Source: Puccinia triticina
Taxonomy: Eukaryota
Length of the DNA: 64,000 bases
Direction of reading: 5' to 3'
NCBI GenBank assembly: GCA_026914245.1
Contig: CP110440.1
Span: 1,674,001 to 1,738,000 of the forward strand
Within the stretch, counting starts at the first letter, position 1, and the number at the start of each line of letters is the position of its first letter. A program made the position numbers and the translations under genes. Below are positions 61,201 to 64,000 of this stretch, one piece after another. Below the pieces are notes generated by a model that was not told where the DNA came from, made no database searches, and saw only the letters and a program-made list of their open reading frames with translations.

Positions 61201-63539
61201 GCTCCTTGGTGAATTTTAGAAGTTTAGGAGATGGCTGGGAGATTGGGGTAGATAGTGGATAGATATTGGATAGATGGTGGGTAGCTGGCTGGAGATGGTG
61301 TGATGTCAATTGTTATCAACTGACTATTTTATTTTCCTGCTGATTCATAATTTGGTCCAAGCAGTCAGCTTGCTGGTCTAGAAGACGCTTACCATCTATA
61401 ATCAGCAACAACTGTTGAATCTCGTCAGTGCTAAAACAGCTGCGGATCTCGAGCCCTTGAGCTTTCAAGACCTCAAGCCCTCAAGCCCTCAAGCCATCAA
61501 GACCTCAAGCCCTCCAAATCCCAAGCCCCAAAACCATTATCATCAACGAAAACCTAACTCCTCCGATCACTCAACCGCTCACTCACCTTGACTCTTCCCG
61601 CTTTTTCCCCATCATCCTCTCCTCCACTTCGCCAATAAACTCTCCAATTCCTTGCTGTCAATCATTGTTGACCTACTAATCTGTCTCGCAGTCAATCAAC
61701 GGCCAACTTTCAACAACAACTGACTTGTGTTCAACTTGGTGAGAAATGAACTCAAAGCTCTCTCTCTCAGCGCTCATCTCCTCGGTCGTCGGTCAATCAC
61801 TAACACTTCTTCTTCAGTCCTTTGTCTCTTTGTTCTCCTGTCCTCTTTTTCTATCTGGTTTTCTGCTTGTCTACTTCAAATCAATCTTGGGTATGCTGTC
61901 ATTTCATCTCTTTTTTTTATCTCTCTTCTAACCTCTTTGTTGTTCAGTCTTCTGGTCTTGTGTCTTGAGCAATCAAAACCTAGGTTCTTTAACAACTTCC
62001 CAGAAATTTGAGAGCCATGCCTAGCATAATCTCTTTTCTGAGGGGAAGGTGCCCAAATGCTTGGACAAAAATTTCCAAGAAGTTGATTTCTGCAGTGGTC
62101 AGCAGCCAGTGCTACACCAACAAGAATTATCCCCTTGTTTTTAATGAGCCTAAAGATTGATTGCTAAGAAACTTAGTAATTGAGGAAGACACTCAGCTAA
62201 CTGCATGGGCTGGTACAACTGAGAGCATAGAATTCAAATACCTGCCCCCAGGTCCTGTAGCGCCTCCTCCAATGTAGTTGATCATTATCAAGATCAAAGT
62301 AATGTCAGTTGTATTGATAAGGCTGAAACCAAAGACCTCTATAAATTGGCAGCTGACTACAGCAGAAGTCTCACAACATCTCTCAATGGAGGTCATCTTG
62401 ATTCAGACAACAACTTGTTGCCATGTTTGAATTTCAATTTATCTTGAGAGGTATACTCATAGCACTCATAGCATTTATCTTGAGAGGTGTGTGCACACCC
62501 ATAAAATGGATACATGTCTTCAACTCCCTAAATTACAATATTCCAAATCTCATGGCCAACTTGAGTCCCCAATCATGAAGACTTACCTTGCCAGAGATCT
62601 CTTTATGATGGAATGGTAAGTCAATTGTCAGGGTGGTCACCTCATCTGAGTTGTCCAATGTGATAAAAACTTTGGCAAGATTGTGATATATAGGAGAAAG
62701 ACTAGGAGTAAGGATTAATGAAGATAGATGGGAAAGTCAATATATTATAGATCATAGGTATCAATCAGGATAATGGAGAATTAGGGTGATACACAAGGCT
62801 TCATGGCAATTAGGGAAGACCCTAGAAGCCAGGTCACTCACTTCACTCAAGTCACAGTTGCTGGTATGAGTCATTTATTCAATTGAGAATTTGTTCATTA
62901 ATTGATTTCAAGCATCAAAAATTTGCAAACCATGAATTCATATTGTAGAAATCCGACTTATTTTCATAGGTGTAGCATGTACGTACGGCTGTGCTGTGTT
63001 GCAGAATGATGAAAAGGGCCTATCCTAAAAATATTTCCCCTGAACCCCTTACAGTAGCGTGGCGAAGCTGCCTTAACTTGGCATCTGGTCAATGATTTCC
63101 ATTGCAAACAAAAATAAAAGCATAAAAAGAGAAAGAGAGGAGAACTTTGGGACAAGGGTTTGTAGAGACAGGAGAAGAGAGTGCAGCAAAAGGTAGAGGG
63201 CCGCCCCCGCCGCCTTCAATTCCTTTGCCCAATTGATTAGGATAAATGCAATTGGGGAAAAATGATGTCAAAATAGCTTTGTGAGATAGATCTCGGAGCC
63301 TATGTGACACAACTTGATTCAGATAATGCACATGAAGAGAGAACTTGGCAGTCCCAGGGATGAGGGTGTCAGCACAAGTTTCTTTTTTGGTCTGTGCAAT
63401 TGTTGAGACAGCCTTACGTTTTTTTCCAGCACAGTGTTCCAATTATTATCCTCTTGCCGGCTCCTCATGCCCTGTGGGCTGTCAGAATCATCAATTCCCA
63501 TTTTTCTACTTTCCCAACCTTTCCAAGCCCTGACTTGAA

Positions 63540-64000
63540 TATGTTATGAGCTGTAGTGCGGGCTCCGCAGCGCAGACTCACATGTGGTATTTGTAGGTTG
63601 AATAAATCTTGGATGGGACTGCAAAGTAGAGCCTTGGGTGAGGTTTGGACTTGTCCACCACGGCTAGAGGATTGCTGATGCCGGCCTTATGCTTGATTGG
63701 GTGTTTTTTCAAAAATGAAATTTGGAAAATATTTGCAGGTCCACGTAACGAGTCAATTGATGATGGGCTCTTCTTGGCCGGTTGCCAGTAAGCGTTGGTG
63801 TGCAGTTCAATTTGGTTGCAAGCTTCAAAGAATCAAAGCTTGGTTGCGGAAAACGTGACCTCAATTCCAACTTTCTGGTTGCTTGGCAGATCTCCTTTGC
63901 ACAGTTGTCAGACTTTAAAACTTCTGCCATCTTGCAACACGCTGTGAGCGTGTCTCTCAAAAGTCAATCTGCGTAAATTGCCACAGTTGTAGTTGTCAGA
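63540..64000 (-). pseudogene. Repeat-associated coding remnant homologous to ~21400-21700
   Basis: LRSRFPQPSFDSLKLATK..GNRP..HQLTRYVD vs LRSRFLQPSVESSKLTKK..GSRP..HHLTCCVD. Confidence 0.55.

Noticed and set aside
61301..62630. Possible LTR (TG...CA)
   Set aside because: TSD imperfect (TGGTG/GGGTG) and no second copy; insufficient support.

Overview
Eukaryotic, intron-rich fungal DNA, very probably a rust fungus (Pucciniales); this is inferred from gene content, short GT-AG introns and TE load. The first ~5.4 kb is a gene island: the 5' part of a multicopper oxidase/laccase, a small Cys-rich secreted protein and SDH4/CybS. The rest is a deeply nested transposon field: at least 9 Helitron ends or elements (TC...hairpin-CTAG, A|T targets), solo LTRs, long-TIR CGGAC elements with 8-bp TSDs, MITEs, a decayed MULE transposase, a decayed Helitron RepHel, and Helitron-captured fragments of a seryl-tRNA synthetase and a protein kinase. 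It also holds a signal-peptide/RING/TM gene and a Helitron-split gene of unknown function. Most notable: eight Helitron 5' regions carry a conserved ~170-200 nt GC-rich module with compensatory base changes and G-U wobbles favouring one strand. A TATA box lies 34-36 nt upstream on that strand, pointing back toward the Helitron 5' end. This suggests an unrecognised Helitron-encoded structured non-coding RNA. All alignments and folds were done by eye and need computational confirmation.
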